Source: a virus (Duplodnaviria; Caudoviricetes). Taken from it: a DNA stretch of 62,106 nt. The DNA lies in the IMG/VR virus record IMGVR_UViG_3300026530_000001, positions 1-62,106 of that record; one strand, written 5' to 3'. Position numbers and translations under genes: made by a program. Shown here piece after piece: positions 8,706 to 17,800 of this stretch (within the stretch, counting starts at the first letter, position 1; each line of letters opens with the position of its first letter). Below the pieces are notes generated by a model. That model did no database searches. It was not told the DNA's origin and saw only the letters and a list, made by a program, of their open reading frames with translations.

Positions 8706-8879
8706 TCAACTTATAGCGTTTTCAAATCGCATCTCAATATCTTCCCGAGCATCACGCCTCAGCTTATCCAGATGTGCGAAATGATGAGGTTTGCATCGAA
8801 CGAATGGAGACTTAACCATTCGCGTGCAATCTAAGCACTTCGCTTTCGTTCGCTTCTGTTTCGGGCTACGTTGTTTCAT
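8706..8879 (-). CDS. Small Zn-finger-like protein, 57 aa, not in ORF track
   Basis: MKQRSPKQKRTKAKCLDCTRMVKSPFVRCKPHH...; AAGGG upstream. Confidence 0.5.
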   Translation of the reverse strand: MKQRSPKQKRTKAKCLDCTRMVKSPFVRCKPHHFAHLDKLRRDAREDIEMRFENAIS

Positions 8880-9563
8880 CGCTTACCCTTACCGCTTAGT
8901 TGGTGAACGGTGGACACACTGAGACCTACCTGCGTGGTCTCAGGAATACCGCTCAGTATGGAGCCACGGAGTTGTTTCCTGACGGGTTCTCTCAGCGGTG
9001 TAGACGCTTATTGTTCTTCACGTCCGGTCCGAATGATTTAACGTGCCTGTCCTGAGACGCGGGGCCGAATCTCTACTGACTGTTTATGCGCCCACAGAAT
9101 GAACCACGGCGGCTTAGAACTATGGCGTCAGCGAGCTTTTCGGCTTCGTATGCCGTAAGCGCTACCTTGACACGGTGATTAGTGGATTCGTAACTGGCTG
9201 GATAATCAGGCAGGGAATCCATTCTTTCAAACAACAATCACGAAATCAGGGTAGGCCAGAGTTGGACTTCGGCGTTAGACCAGTCGCTCCCAATCGCGAT
9301 GTTCAGTTGCTCGTCCCGCAGATGTTTCGGCCTTCTGAAGGAAAAGATTTGAAGTGCAAGGTGGTTGATAGTAAAGGTCGCGACGTGCGCCTTCATCTCC
9401 AACATATCATGGTACGCTTCCGGTAACACTTCAGGATTTGGTGTGATGTCTACCGCCTGAGCGCTGTAGCGCTGATCCTTCTTCTCATTACACTTGTACG
9501 AAGTCCGGTTGGCTCAAAAGTCAGCGCAGCGCATGGCCTCTGCTGTCATCGGGAAGCCCGTCG

Positions 9564-9591
9564 AAATTAAAGAGAACTGGGCGAATAGAAT
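9564..9591 (+). promoter_or_regulatory. TAAA-N14-TAnnnT promoter for tRNA-Pro
   Basis: AAATTAAA-14 nt-TAGAAT, 12 nt before the tRNA. Confidence 0.5.
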
Positions 9592-9603
9592 CAAGCCGTA
9601 AAT

Positions 9604-9680
9604 CGGGAAGTAGCGCAGTCAGGCAGCGCACTTGCCTTGGGAGCAAGGGGTCGAAGGTTCAAATCCTTCCTTCCCGACCA
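9604..9680 (+). tRNA. tRNA-Pro (anticodon TGG)
   Basis: Full cloverleaf: CGGGAAG/CTTCCCG acceptor, GCGC D-stem, CTTGC-CTTGGGA-GCAAG anticodon arm, GAAGG-TTCAAAT-CCTTC T-arm, ACCA end. Confidence 0.97.
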
Positions 9681-9704
9681 GATTGACGCTTACGGCGTCT
9701 AATG

Positions 9705-9753
9705 CACGTCGGTGCTAAGGCCATCAGGGAAACTTGGTGGCCTGACGTGTTTT
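9705..9753 (+). terminator. Hairpin or terminator after the tRNA
   Basis: AGGCCATCAGG-GAAA-CTTGGTGGCCT stem, outer CACGTC/GACGTG pair, then TTTT. Confidence 0.55.
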
Positions 9754-9766
9754 CACCTTCCCCGCC

Positions 9767-9794
9767 AACGTAAATCCTGAGTCCCGCCTATTCT
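9767..9794 (+). promoter_or_regulatory. Putative late promoter for the lysis operon
   Basis: AACGTAAA-14 nt-TATTCT, 8 nt before the endolysin ATG. Confidence 0.6.
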
Positions 9795-9802
9795 GAAGGG
9801 AC

Positions 9803-10423
9803 ATGGCATGGCGTCTAGCGAAATCTCTAATCCAACTGCGCACTCAACTAAACGAGCAGTATCCGAATCGTGACCGAGTGAGCGACGGAAGTATTGGCGA
9901 CGCTGCCCACCAGGCGCGCAAGAGTGACCACGACCCAAATAGCGCCGGAGTCGTGACAGCTATCGACATCACGCATGACCCGAGACATCTCGACGGTAAG
10001 GTTCTCAGCCGCCAGTTAATCAAAGACTCACGAGTCAAATACGTCATTTTCTCAGGCAAAATCTACCGCAGCTATAAGCCTCAGATGGATTGGGCTGTAT
10101 ATACGGGTCCGAATGCCCACGAGCATCACGTTCACGTCTCGGTGCTCGGAGACGCAAGCAAGTACGACGATGCGGCGCCGTGGGATCTGGGTTCAACGCC
10201 TGCCCTTACGGGAGGGCAAGTTACACGCCCGATTCTGAAACATGGCGACCGTGGGCCGGACGTAGTGGAGTTACAGGCAGCTCTGGGGATGCCGACTGAG
10301 ACGATTGATGGCGTCTTCGGAAACAACACGGAGCATGCGGTGCGAGAGTTTCAGTCTGCGAACCATCTTAGGATTGATGGGATTTTCGGGCCTAAGTGCT
10401 GGGCCGCGATGCTGAAAAAATAA
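9803..10423 (+). CDS. Endolysin: M15-like Zn peptidase with C-terminal peptidoglycan-binding domain
   Basis: SDH, AIDI and HEHHVHVS motifs; C-terminal G.DV..LQ..L...IDGVFG..T..AVREFQ...L.IDGIFG repeat. Confidence 0.9.
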   Translation: MAWRLAKSLIQLRTQLNEQYPNRDRVSDGSIGDAAHQARKSDHDPNSAGVVTAIDITHDPRHLDGKVLSRQLIKDSRVKYVIFSGKIYRSYKPQMDWAVYTGPNAHEHHVHVSVLGDASKYDDAAPWDLGSTPALTGGQVTRPILKHGDRGPDVVELQAALGMPTETIDGVFGNNTEHAVREFQSANHLRIDGIFGPKCWAAMLKK

Positions 10424-10435
10424 AGGGGAATTTTT

Positions 10436-10726
10436 ATGGACACATCGACATCTGAATTAGTAAAGAACGCGGCCGGATCGTTTGTGCGCTGGATGCTGGT
10501 ATTGATTGCCGGAATTCTGGTGAAGAAAGGCATCATCACCAATGCTCAGGGCGAAACCTACGTTGCGACGGCGTTGCCGGTAGCGATAGGCGGTGTGATG
10601 GCCCTTATCGCGCTTGGATGGTCGCTCTATCAAAAGAAACTGGCGAACAAGAAGATCGACGTGGCGTTGACGTTACCCGCTGGCGCGAATCGCACCGTGC
10701 TTGAGAACAAGGTCGCAAGTCAGTAA
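10436..10726 (+). CDS. Holin
   Basis: Two TM segments and a basic C-terminus, directly after the endolysin. Confidence 0.7.
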   Translation: MDTSTSELVKNAAGSFVRWMLVLIAGILVKKGIITNAQGETYVATALPVAIGGVMALIALGWSLYQKKLANKKIDVALTLPAGANRTVLENKVASQ

Positions 10727-11082
10727 TGGAGACGATCCTTCGATGGGTTGCGCGATGGCTCGCCGCCATTCTAAACAAATATGGCGATCCGCAACTTCAA
10801 GCGAAGCTCGACAAGTACAAGGCTGATGCTGCGGCGCTATCGCAAAAGGTCAAAGAGGCCCAGGAAGCCGCAGTAGAATCAGCTCTCGAATACGACAACT
10901 CGGTAAAAAGTCGCACTGAATGGGAGAAGCTACTAAGAGAGTCTCGAGCGAAAGAGGATGCTCTAGAGCAGCAGTTGAGGTCCAGTCAGGATCGAGTCAA
11001 CCAGATTACCAATGAGGCGTCGAATCTCAAGAAAGCTATTGATTCTCGGTCTGATGCTGACGTGCTACGCGACCGGCTCTAA
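10726..11082 (+). CDS. Coiled-coil lysis protein (i-spanin-like)
   Basis: Amphipathic N-terminus and coiled coil after the holin; overlaps the next gene. Confidence 0.5.
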   Translation: METILRWVARWLAAILNKYGDPQLQAKLDKYKADAAALSQKVKEAQEAAVESALEYDNSVKSRTEWEKLLRESRAKEDALEQQLRSSQDRVNQITNEASNLKKAIDSRSDADVLRDRL

Positions 11083-11554
11083 GGCGCAAGCGGTTCGCGT
11101 GGTCGAAGCGTTGCCCGATGATTCGTTCATCGTTGAGATAAACGGCAAAGAGTATCGGGCCCTGAATGCCGATAAGGTTCGGGAGATCCAGAAGCAGAAG
11201 ATCGATCTTGATGCGGCCCAAAAGTTCAACGCGGAAAAGGATTCGCAAATTGCGACACTCAATCGCATGGTTCTTGTCCAGACAGAAAATGCGGAATTGC
11301 AGAAGCGGATCGCCGACTCATTCAAGGCTGATTTTGAACGCTCGCAGGTTGATTCAAAACGGAACTTTTCCCTGTTCATGAGCGAGCGAGATTTAAGAAT
11401 CGAGGGGCAGCAATTCATCCCGAAGGGCAACGCACACGGTTTCTGGGGAAAGACGCTGGACTTTCTCAATTCACAGGCGGGACAGGTCGGATTCAAATTT
11501 GTCCCGCCATTGGCGACGGCGGTGAGGGTATTCACTGCGAGGTGTCCGCAATGA
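11012..11554 (+). CDS. Exported coiled-coil lysis protein (spanin partner candidate)
   Basis: MRRRISRKLLILGLMLTC signal-like N-terminus; 71-bp overlap resembling Rz/Rz1. Confidence 0.5.
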   Translation: MRRRISRKLLILGLMLTCYATGSKAQAVRVVEALPDDSFIVEINGKEYRALNADKVREIQKQKIDLDAAQKFNAEKDSQIATLNRMVLVQTENAELQKRIADSFKADFERSQVDSKRNFSLFMSERDLRIEGQQFIPKGNAHGFWGKTLDFLNSQAGQVGFKFVPPLATAVRVFTARCPQ

Positions 11555-11727
11555 TCGACGTTCACAGACTCAGAACACTCAACGAGGACATCGAAAAGTT
11601 CACGATCGAAGTCTGTGAAGGATTGTCACCCGCTGCTACTGCTGACCTCTTAGAAGCTGAAACTGTGTTCAAAGAGAAGTTGGCTGATGCAATTCTTTTG
11701 ACGACGAAACAGGATCAAGCGGAATAG
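11551..11727 (+). CDS. Hypothetical protein
   Basis: GAGGTG RBS; ATGA coupling. Confidence 0.55.
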   Translation: MIDVHRLRTLNEDIEKFTIEVCEGLSPAATADLLEAETVFKEKLADAILLTTKQDQAE

Positions 11728-11733
11728 AAATGA

Positions 11734-12153
11734 ATGTACTCCCGACTCCGAAAGTTCTTTGAAAGACAGGCAGTCGTCCCGTTCGAGACCATGCTTGCGT
11801 TTTGGTTCAGCTATGCAGCTATCGTAGCTATGGCGCATTTTGGGATTACCGTTAGTCCTCTTGCCAAGCTGATCGGGCCAAAGCTCGCAATAGGCTGTTA
11901 TTTGACTTATTTAGTAGCTGGACAGGCGTTGTATTTTGGGATCGGGCTCAGACGGGCCGACATAGAAGGGTTTGGGCTAATTCTACTGATCACGTTTCTA
12001 ATTGTGGTGACGATAGCAAACAGCTACTTCTTTGGCCTGACCGCGATGGCTGTTAATAGCTACGTGCTGAACGGCGCATTCGTATTTGCCTGCATGATCA
12101 GATTGAGAATGATTTGGAGGGGTCAACAAGCGCTTAACAATGGCACGTCATGA
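11734..12153 (+). CDS. Multi-pass membrane protein
   Basis: About four hydrophobic segments. Confidence 0.7.
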   Translation: MYSRLRKFFERQAVVPFETMLAFWFSYAAIVAMAHFGITVSPLAKLIGPKLAIGCYLTYLVAGQALYFGIGLRRADIEGFGLILLITFLIVVTIANSYFFGLTAMAVNSYVLNGAFVFACMIRLRMIWRGQQALNNGTS

Positions 12154-12413
12154 TCAGTCGCGAAGTCATAATCACGAGCATTACAGTTGTCGGTGGTGGT
12201 GGCTTGCTTACCGCGATCGTGGCGCTATTAAAATTCAGGCCGGAAGCCGGTCAGATCATGGTCACGACAGCCCAGGGAGTCGTAATTGTTCAAACCGGAG
12301 TAATAGAGACCTTACGAACTGAGATGGAGCGCCTTAGTGATGAACTTGCAGAGTTGAGAACGGAAAACGCGACGCTGAGAGCGCGCATCCACGAGCTTGA
12401 GGCTAAACCATGA
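12150..12413 (+). CDS. Membrane-anchored coiled-coil protein
   Basis: VVGGGGLLTAIVALL followed by a heptad tail; typical of lysis cassettes. Confidence 0.65.
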   Translation: MISREVIITSITVVGGGGLLTAIVALLKFRPEAGQIMVTTAQGVVIVQTGVIETLRTEMERLSDELAELRTENATLRARIHELEAKP

Positions 12414-12619
12414 AGCCAGAGTATTTGAAAGATTGAGAGAGAGGCGGCTGGAAGCCCGCAAGCCTCCAGCCAGCCGCAACGCACCCGGCCAACTTGTGAC
12501 GGCTAACCGGGAACGTGCGGACGCAAGATAACCAATCCCCGCGAATGGGAGCAAAGAAAAACAGGGAATAATTACCAGATGACAACCCAACGTCTGTTTC
12601 CTGATTTCAAGATGAGCGC

Positions 12620-13084
12620 ATGAAAACGAATGCGAATGTACTTCACGGAACCCAGTGGGCGGCAACGCCGAGCGATAACGAAACCGGGCAAAGGTTGCCA
12701 AAATCGCAGCAAAGCCTACTTGGGAGAATTGCATCGAAGTTTCGATGGGAGGCGCTTATCGTGAGCGGGCGTGAGGTCAAGGGGTTTGTAGTAACGCCAG
12801 CTATGGCGGTAACGATCTGCGTCGTGCTTCTGACTACGTTCCTTGGCGCACTCGGATGGGCCTACAAATCCAGCACAGCAGATTCGCGCGAGACCAGGGA
12901 CTCCGTGATTCGCATGGAGACATTGCTGAATGAGCGCACCCGTAATTTCGAGCGTCAGCAGGACAAGGCAGAGGCGGATCTGAAAGACGAACGCAATCTC
13001 GCTAAACTACAGCGCGACAACCAAGACAAGAAATTAACCCAGATGGAATATGCCCTTAAATCGAAGGGCATTCATTTCGAATAA
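12620..13084 (+). CDS. Membrane-anchored coiled-coil protein (start uncertain)
   Basis: One TM segment and a coiled coil. Confidence 0.55.
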   Translation: MKTNANVLHGTQWAATPSDNETGQRLPKSQQSLLGRIASKFRWEALIVSGREVKGFVVTPAMAVTICVVLLTTFLGALGWAYKSSTADSRETRDSVIRMETLLNERTRNFERQQDKAEADLKDERNLAKLQRDNQDKKLTQMEYALKSKGIHFE

Positions 13085-13097
13085 GGAGAATCCCCCG

Positions 13098-13349
13098 ATG
13101 GCAAATGGTGGAACTGAACCCTGTCCGGCCTGTGAAGAAAAGGTAATTCAAAACGGCGACGTGGCAGCGCGAGTTTTGGATGTGGTATGTGAGGCTATCG
13201 AGCGACATCTGGCAAACAACGGTACGTTTCCACATCCACTCAAACTGGTTGAGATGGCTAACAAGCTTGAGGACGACGCCTTCGCGTTTCAGAAGGAAGT
13301 TCTGAGCCAGATCGGATTCAAAGGGCCGTGGCCGAAGTCGATGGCCTAG
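13098..13349 (+). CDS. Hypothetical protein
   Basis: AAGGAG RBS; CPAC motif. Confidence 0.55.
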   Translation: MANGGTEPCPACEEKVIQNGDVAARVLDVVCEAIERHLANNGTFPHPLKLVEMANKLEDDAFAFQKEVLSQIGFKGPWPKSMA

Positions 13350-13394
13350 GCGGGGCGGGCCAGCGGCCTAGTGCTTTGTGAGAAGGGAGAAAGC

Positions 13395-13553
13395 ATGATT
13401 GCATTTCTATCACTCATTGTTTGCGTCATTGGATTGATAATCTACTTGGCGACAAACGGAAAACTGTCTGACGTTGGGCGGATTATGTTCGGGGCTGGGC
13501 TTCTCGCCTTCTTACTCGGATCGGCTGAGAAGATGGTTACGCTGCTTCGGTAA
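13395..13553 (+). CDS. Small two-TM membrane protein
   Basis: GGGAG RBS; two hydrophobic helices. Confidence 0.6.
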   Translation: MIAFLSLIVCVIGLIIYLATNGKLSDVGRIMFGAGLLAFLLGSAEKMVTLLR

Positions 13554-13558
13554 AGACG

Positions 13559-14824
13559 ATGGCATTTCTAACAAGACGCAAGCCGTGGGACGAGACTTTA
13601 CCGGACGGTCGAAACGTCTATGAGGCTGTGCGTGATCTATCTCGCCATCGCGACGAGCACCCAGTTGAGACGACGATACTTCCACCGATTAACACTCCAC
13701 TAATGCGCCAGCCGATTGAGACGCCGGCCGCCATAGTTCCTAGTGAGCCTGATTACGCTCCCGTTCTTAGTCGCCCACAACCCGTACTATCTCAGATGGC
13801 CCCCCCTCCTGTGATGATGCTCGAACGAGGCGGGCACGCAGTGAGCGCGACAGGAGGGATCGATCCGTTGGAAGCGGATCAAACACTCTTGAGGACGCAG
13901 CAAGCCGAGATTCCGCAACGTGAATCAAAGAAGCAAGTTTTGTTGAGAACTTTGGGCGGGTTAGTTTTTGGTGGCGTGCCGGGGGCTATCGGGACTCTTG
14001 CCACTGACCTGTCAGATCGGAGGGCACTGGACCGAGGACGAATCAATCAAAATATTGCGAGGACGCAGGGACAGATCAATCAAGGCATTCTAAGCCGGAG
14101 GGCTGCAACACAAGACGACTTGATTCGTTCTCAGATTCAAGAGAACCAGGCCCAGGCTTATGGAGCGTTGTCGCGAGCGAATCAACCTCCGAAATCAGAT
14201 TCTAAGTTTATCGAGCGTGGTGATGGGGTTTACGAAGTTTCCACTGCTTACCCTGACGGTCGGAAGGTGGGTAGCATCCCGCCAGAGGCGAAGACGAAGA
14301 ATGCAAACCCAACACGATATTTTGAACGCCCTGAAGGTGTTTACGGAATTAACGATGCACATCCTGAAGGCTTCAAAGTAGAGGGTGTTCCGGGTACGCC
14401 GGTTCCGAGTCTCACGCCTTATCAAACCGAGCAACTTAACCGAGAGGATGCAATACGCGGGAGTAAAGGTGAAGCACTCCGACAACAATCAGCAAGCGCG
14501 CGATCATTAGGCGACGCCCTGGACAAGCAACTCCGCGATGCTGGCGGTCTTTATGAACAGAGAGCGCAAGTTCAGACCGCGCTGGGCCGAGAAGGCGACG
14601 TAACCACGCCTGAGCAGAGAGTTGCCCACAGTACCTTAATGACTCAGCTATCCGCGTTGAATTCTCGCATTGCCCAGATCGAGCAAGGCCGAAACATTCA
14701 CTATTCACAAGCAGATAAACTGCGAGGGCAGGCCGCTGAATTCAATTCGTTGCCACAAACGCGCGGAAGTAAGTATGTAGCACCGAAAGTAAGCGCAGAT
14801 CGACTGCGAGAGCTTATGCAGTGA
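13559..14824 (+). CDS. Putative internal virion/ejection protein
   Basis: Gln/Arg-rich with a Gly-rich hydrophobic segment; precedes the SLT protein. Confidence 0.55.
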   Translation: MAFLTRRKPWDETLPDGRNVYEAVRDLSRHRDEHPVETTILPPINTPLMRQPIETPAAIVPSEPDYAPVLSRPQPVLSQMAPPPVMMLERGGHAVSATGGIDPLEADQTLLRTQQAEIPQRESKKQVLLRTLGGLVFGGVPGAIGTLATDLSDRRALDRGRINQNIARTQGQINQGILSRRAATQDDLIRSQIQENQAQAYGALSRANQPPKSDSKFIERGDGVYEVSTAYPDGRKVGSIPPEAKTKNANPTRYFERPEGVYGINDAHPEGFKVEGVPGTPVPSLTPYQTEQLNREDAIRGSKGEALRQQSASARSLGDALDKQLRDAGGLYEQRAQVQTALGREGDVTTPEQRVAHSTLMTQLSALNSRIAQIEQGRNIHYSQADKLRGQAAEFNSLPQTRGSKYVAPKVSADRLRELMQ

Positions 14825-14827
14825 AAC

Positions 14828-17800
14828 ATGACACCTCAAGAACAACTCACCCGTCAAAGCCCACCTCCACAGATTGATCTTGATTCTGCGATCGAACAGC
14901 TCCGCACTAAATTCAAAGTTCCGGCCATTGTTGTACAGCGCATGGTCAATCAAGAGTCAGGCGGTAACACGTCTGCTGTATCTCCAGTTGGCGCTTTTGG
15001 ACGTTTTCAGGTGATGCCAGAAACACTCAAAACGATCAATCAACAGACCGGAAAGAATCTCGATAACAGTAACCCTCTCGACAATGCGTATGCGGGTTTG
15101 TATTTGCTCAAACAGAACTATGACAAGTTTCGCCAGGGTGCGCCATCTGAACGAGGCGCATGGATGAGGGCGGTAGCTGCTTACCATGCCGGGGTCGGTA
15201 ATGTTCAGAAAGACCTGGCGAGTGGCGGGATGGGAATTCCCGATGTTGGGGATGGCTTAATAAACACTCGGGACCATGTTTTCAATATCTTTGAAGGGAC
15301 GAAGCCGGAAGATTTCGGACAAGCGGAGCGACCGGTCGATCAACCCAAACTGTTAACACCAAAGACAAGTGTAAGTCTTGGTGAGGGTGCTATTGACGAA
15401 ACGGTTAAACCTGAGCCGATTAAGTTCACGCCCGCGGATTCAACCGAATCGAATCTGAATCGACTGGCCCGGTCATCACAAAACTTAGCAGAGGTGGTTC
15501 GCGCTCAAGGCATTCAGTTGCCTGCGAACCATCCTGATCTTTTAGGGAAGCACATCGAGGCACGATTCGATCAACAACCTACCGCAGAGCAGGTTGACGA
15601 TGCGCTTCTGGAGAAGTTGGGAAAAGGCTATGGTGACGTCGCCCAGCGGTTCCGCGCAGAGATGGGCGTTCCGTTGAGTAGCGGGGCCGCGGTCGAGCAA
15701 CAGCCAGACGGATCATTTGTCGCGCACGCACGACCGACGCAGGGATTTATTGACGCTGTTAATGCTTATGCGCTCGGGGGTCGGCAGGCTTACGAAGCGA
15801 CTTTGAATGCGCAGACCGTAGGCAGGGCGGCGGTTGCTCGCGATATGCGGGCTGAATTGAAGCGCGGGGAAGGTATCGCGCAAGACATCGGGCAAGCCGG
15901 AACTCGGGAAACTCTAAGGTCGGCGCAATTCATGCAGAACCTTGCTGACCTCGCGCGATTGAAATCCCCTGAAGACGATCCGAACGCCCAAGCTATTGCG
16001 AGAGCGGCACAAACCATTCCTCAGCCGACAACGTGGACGGGATCGGGAGCCGAAGCGGGCCTTGGGACGCTGGGAGCAATGAACCGTGCGGAGGCTTTAG
16101 GCGGCGGTGCGGGCTTCCCAGCCAGTCAGGCGATTGAAGCATCTCAGAGAGGCCCAGAAGCCGCATACAAGGCTGGAATCCTGAGTCTGCCGATAATCGC
16201 TGCTCCGGCCATCGGGAGTGCCGTAGAAGCTAACTTGCTCACTCCGGCGCAGCGCCAAGTATTACTGCGGACTGCGGGTAGTGCAGGGCTGGCAGGCGGC
16301 GCGGCGGCTGGTGGTGCTACTCCACGCGAGATCGCTGAATCCGCGCTCACGGGCGCGGCATTTCCGGTTGGCGCCCGCGAAGGCAATCCTGACGTACCAA
16401 TGGACATTGCCGCTCGGGAAGCAACGACTCTCGGGGTTAATAGAGCGCAAACCGTGCCTGATTTCCAGCGTGAGATCGCGGCTCGTGAAGCATCCGTTAA
16501 TTCCCTGCCGAGTCCACGTGGCGTCAGAGTTCGCGATCAGTTGCGTGGCGTTCAGCCGGCAGAAATCTCAACGACACCGACACGACCTCCGGCGATGGAG
16601 CAAGTTCCTGAAAGTCTCGGAGTAGTTGGGCCAACGAAACCGGTTGTTCCCGTTGAGGAAGGTGCAAAACTAAATCGTTGGCAACATCGAGATTTCGGGT
16701 TGGTTACTGAATCAGCAAGTCAATCAGGGGTAACGCGCGGCAAGGTTCGAGTGCTCGCTGAGGACGGATCGGAGCATGTAATTCAGCGTCCGAACATGCG
16801 CGGCGAGGGCAATCAGATTGCCGTTCCGGTTAGGCAAAAGCCGATTGACGCTAGAGCCGAAGATACAGCAGCGCAGGCTGCGGAGAATGATCCGTTTAAG
16901 GTTATCGACCGCAGAATGTCCGCTCAGCCTGAAGCACCGCCAGAGACTTCAATTCAACCCGCACAATCCACGTCGCAAGAGGCTGTTCCCGTCGCAGCCT
17001 CCACGCCTTCTGAGGGTGGAGTATCTGTACCTCCAAAGACTGAAGGCAAACCTGTTGAGCCTGCGGTGCGCGCCCCTGAGCCGTTAACGCGCCAACGAAG
17101 CCTTCCCCAGACCCTAGAACGAGCGGGCTTGCAAGGCGGTACAGATCGAGACTACACGGTCGTGACAAATCCCGAAGCCTTGCAGCGCGCAACTCAGAGA
17201 ATAGAAACTGACGGAGTTGATCGTGCAGCGTCAGACTTGGCGGTTAAGAAAGACATTGGCGCAGAAGATACTGCGACCGGAATTCTATTGATCCGCCAAC
17301 TCCAAGAGCAAGGGAAGTTGGAAAAGGCTGTTGACGTTGCTAGTGATCTCTCTCGGAAACTGACGCAAGCGGGACAGGCAACCCAAGCCGCGTCAATCGT
17401 GTCTCGACTGTCCCCCGAAGGCGTGTTGCTTACCGTTCAAAGACAGTTACCCGAAGGGCAGAAATTAACCCGAGGGCAAACTCAGTCGTTAATAACGCAA
17501 GCTAAAGCCGTCGAGTCCGCAGAATCCCGAGTTGCTGCAACTGAGAAGGCGATACAAGACTCCGGCGCTTTACCTGTTACAGAAAGTGCGGCAAAGCAGA
17601 GGATCGGAAATCTTCAAGAGCGGTTAACCAGAATGGAACAGGAAGCCCGCGCGCGACTTGATGCTCGGAAGGCTCAAATGATTGCCGCCACCAAAGGGCC
17701 GAGGGGCCAGCGCGGAGCCGCCGTGAATCCTGCCGCAGTTGCGTTGGACATTGGAGACTATGCTGTTATTGGCGCTGCGAAGATAGCTCGAAAAGGAATT

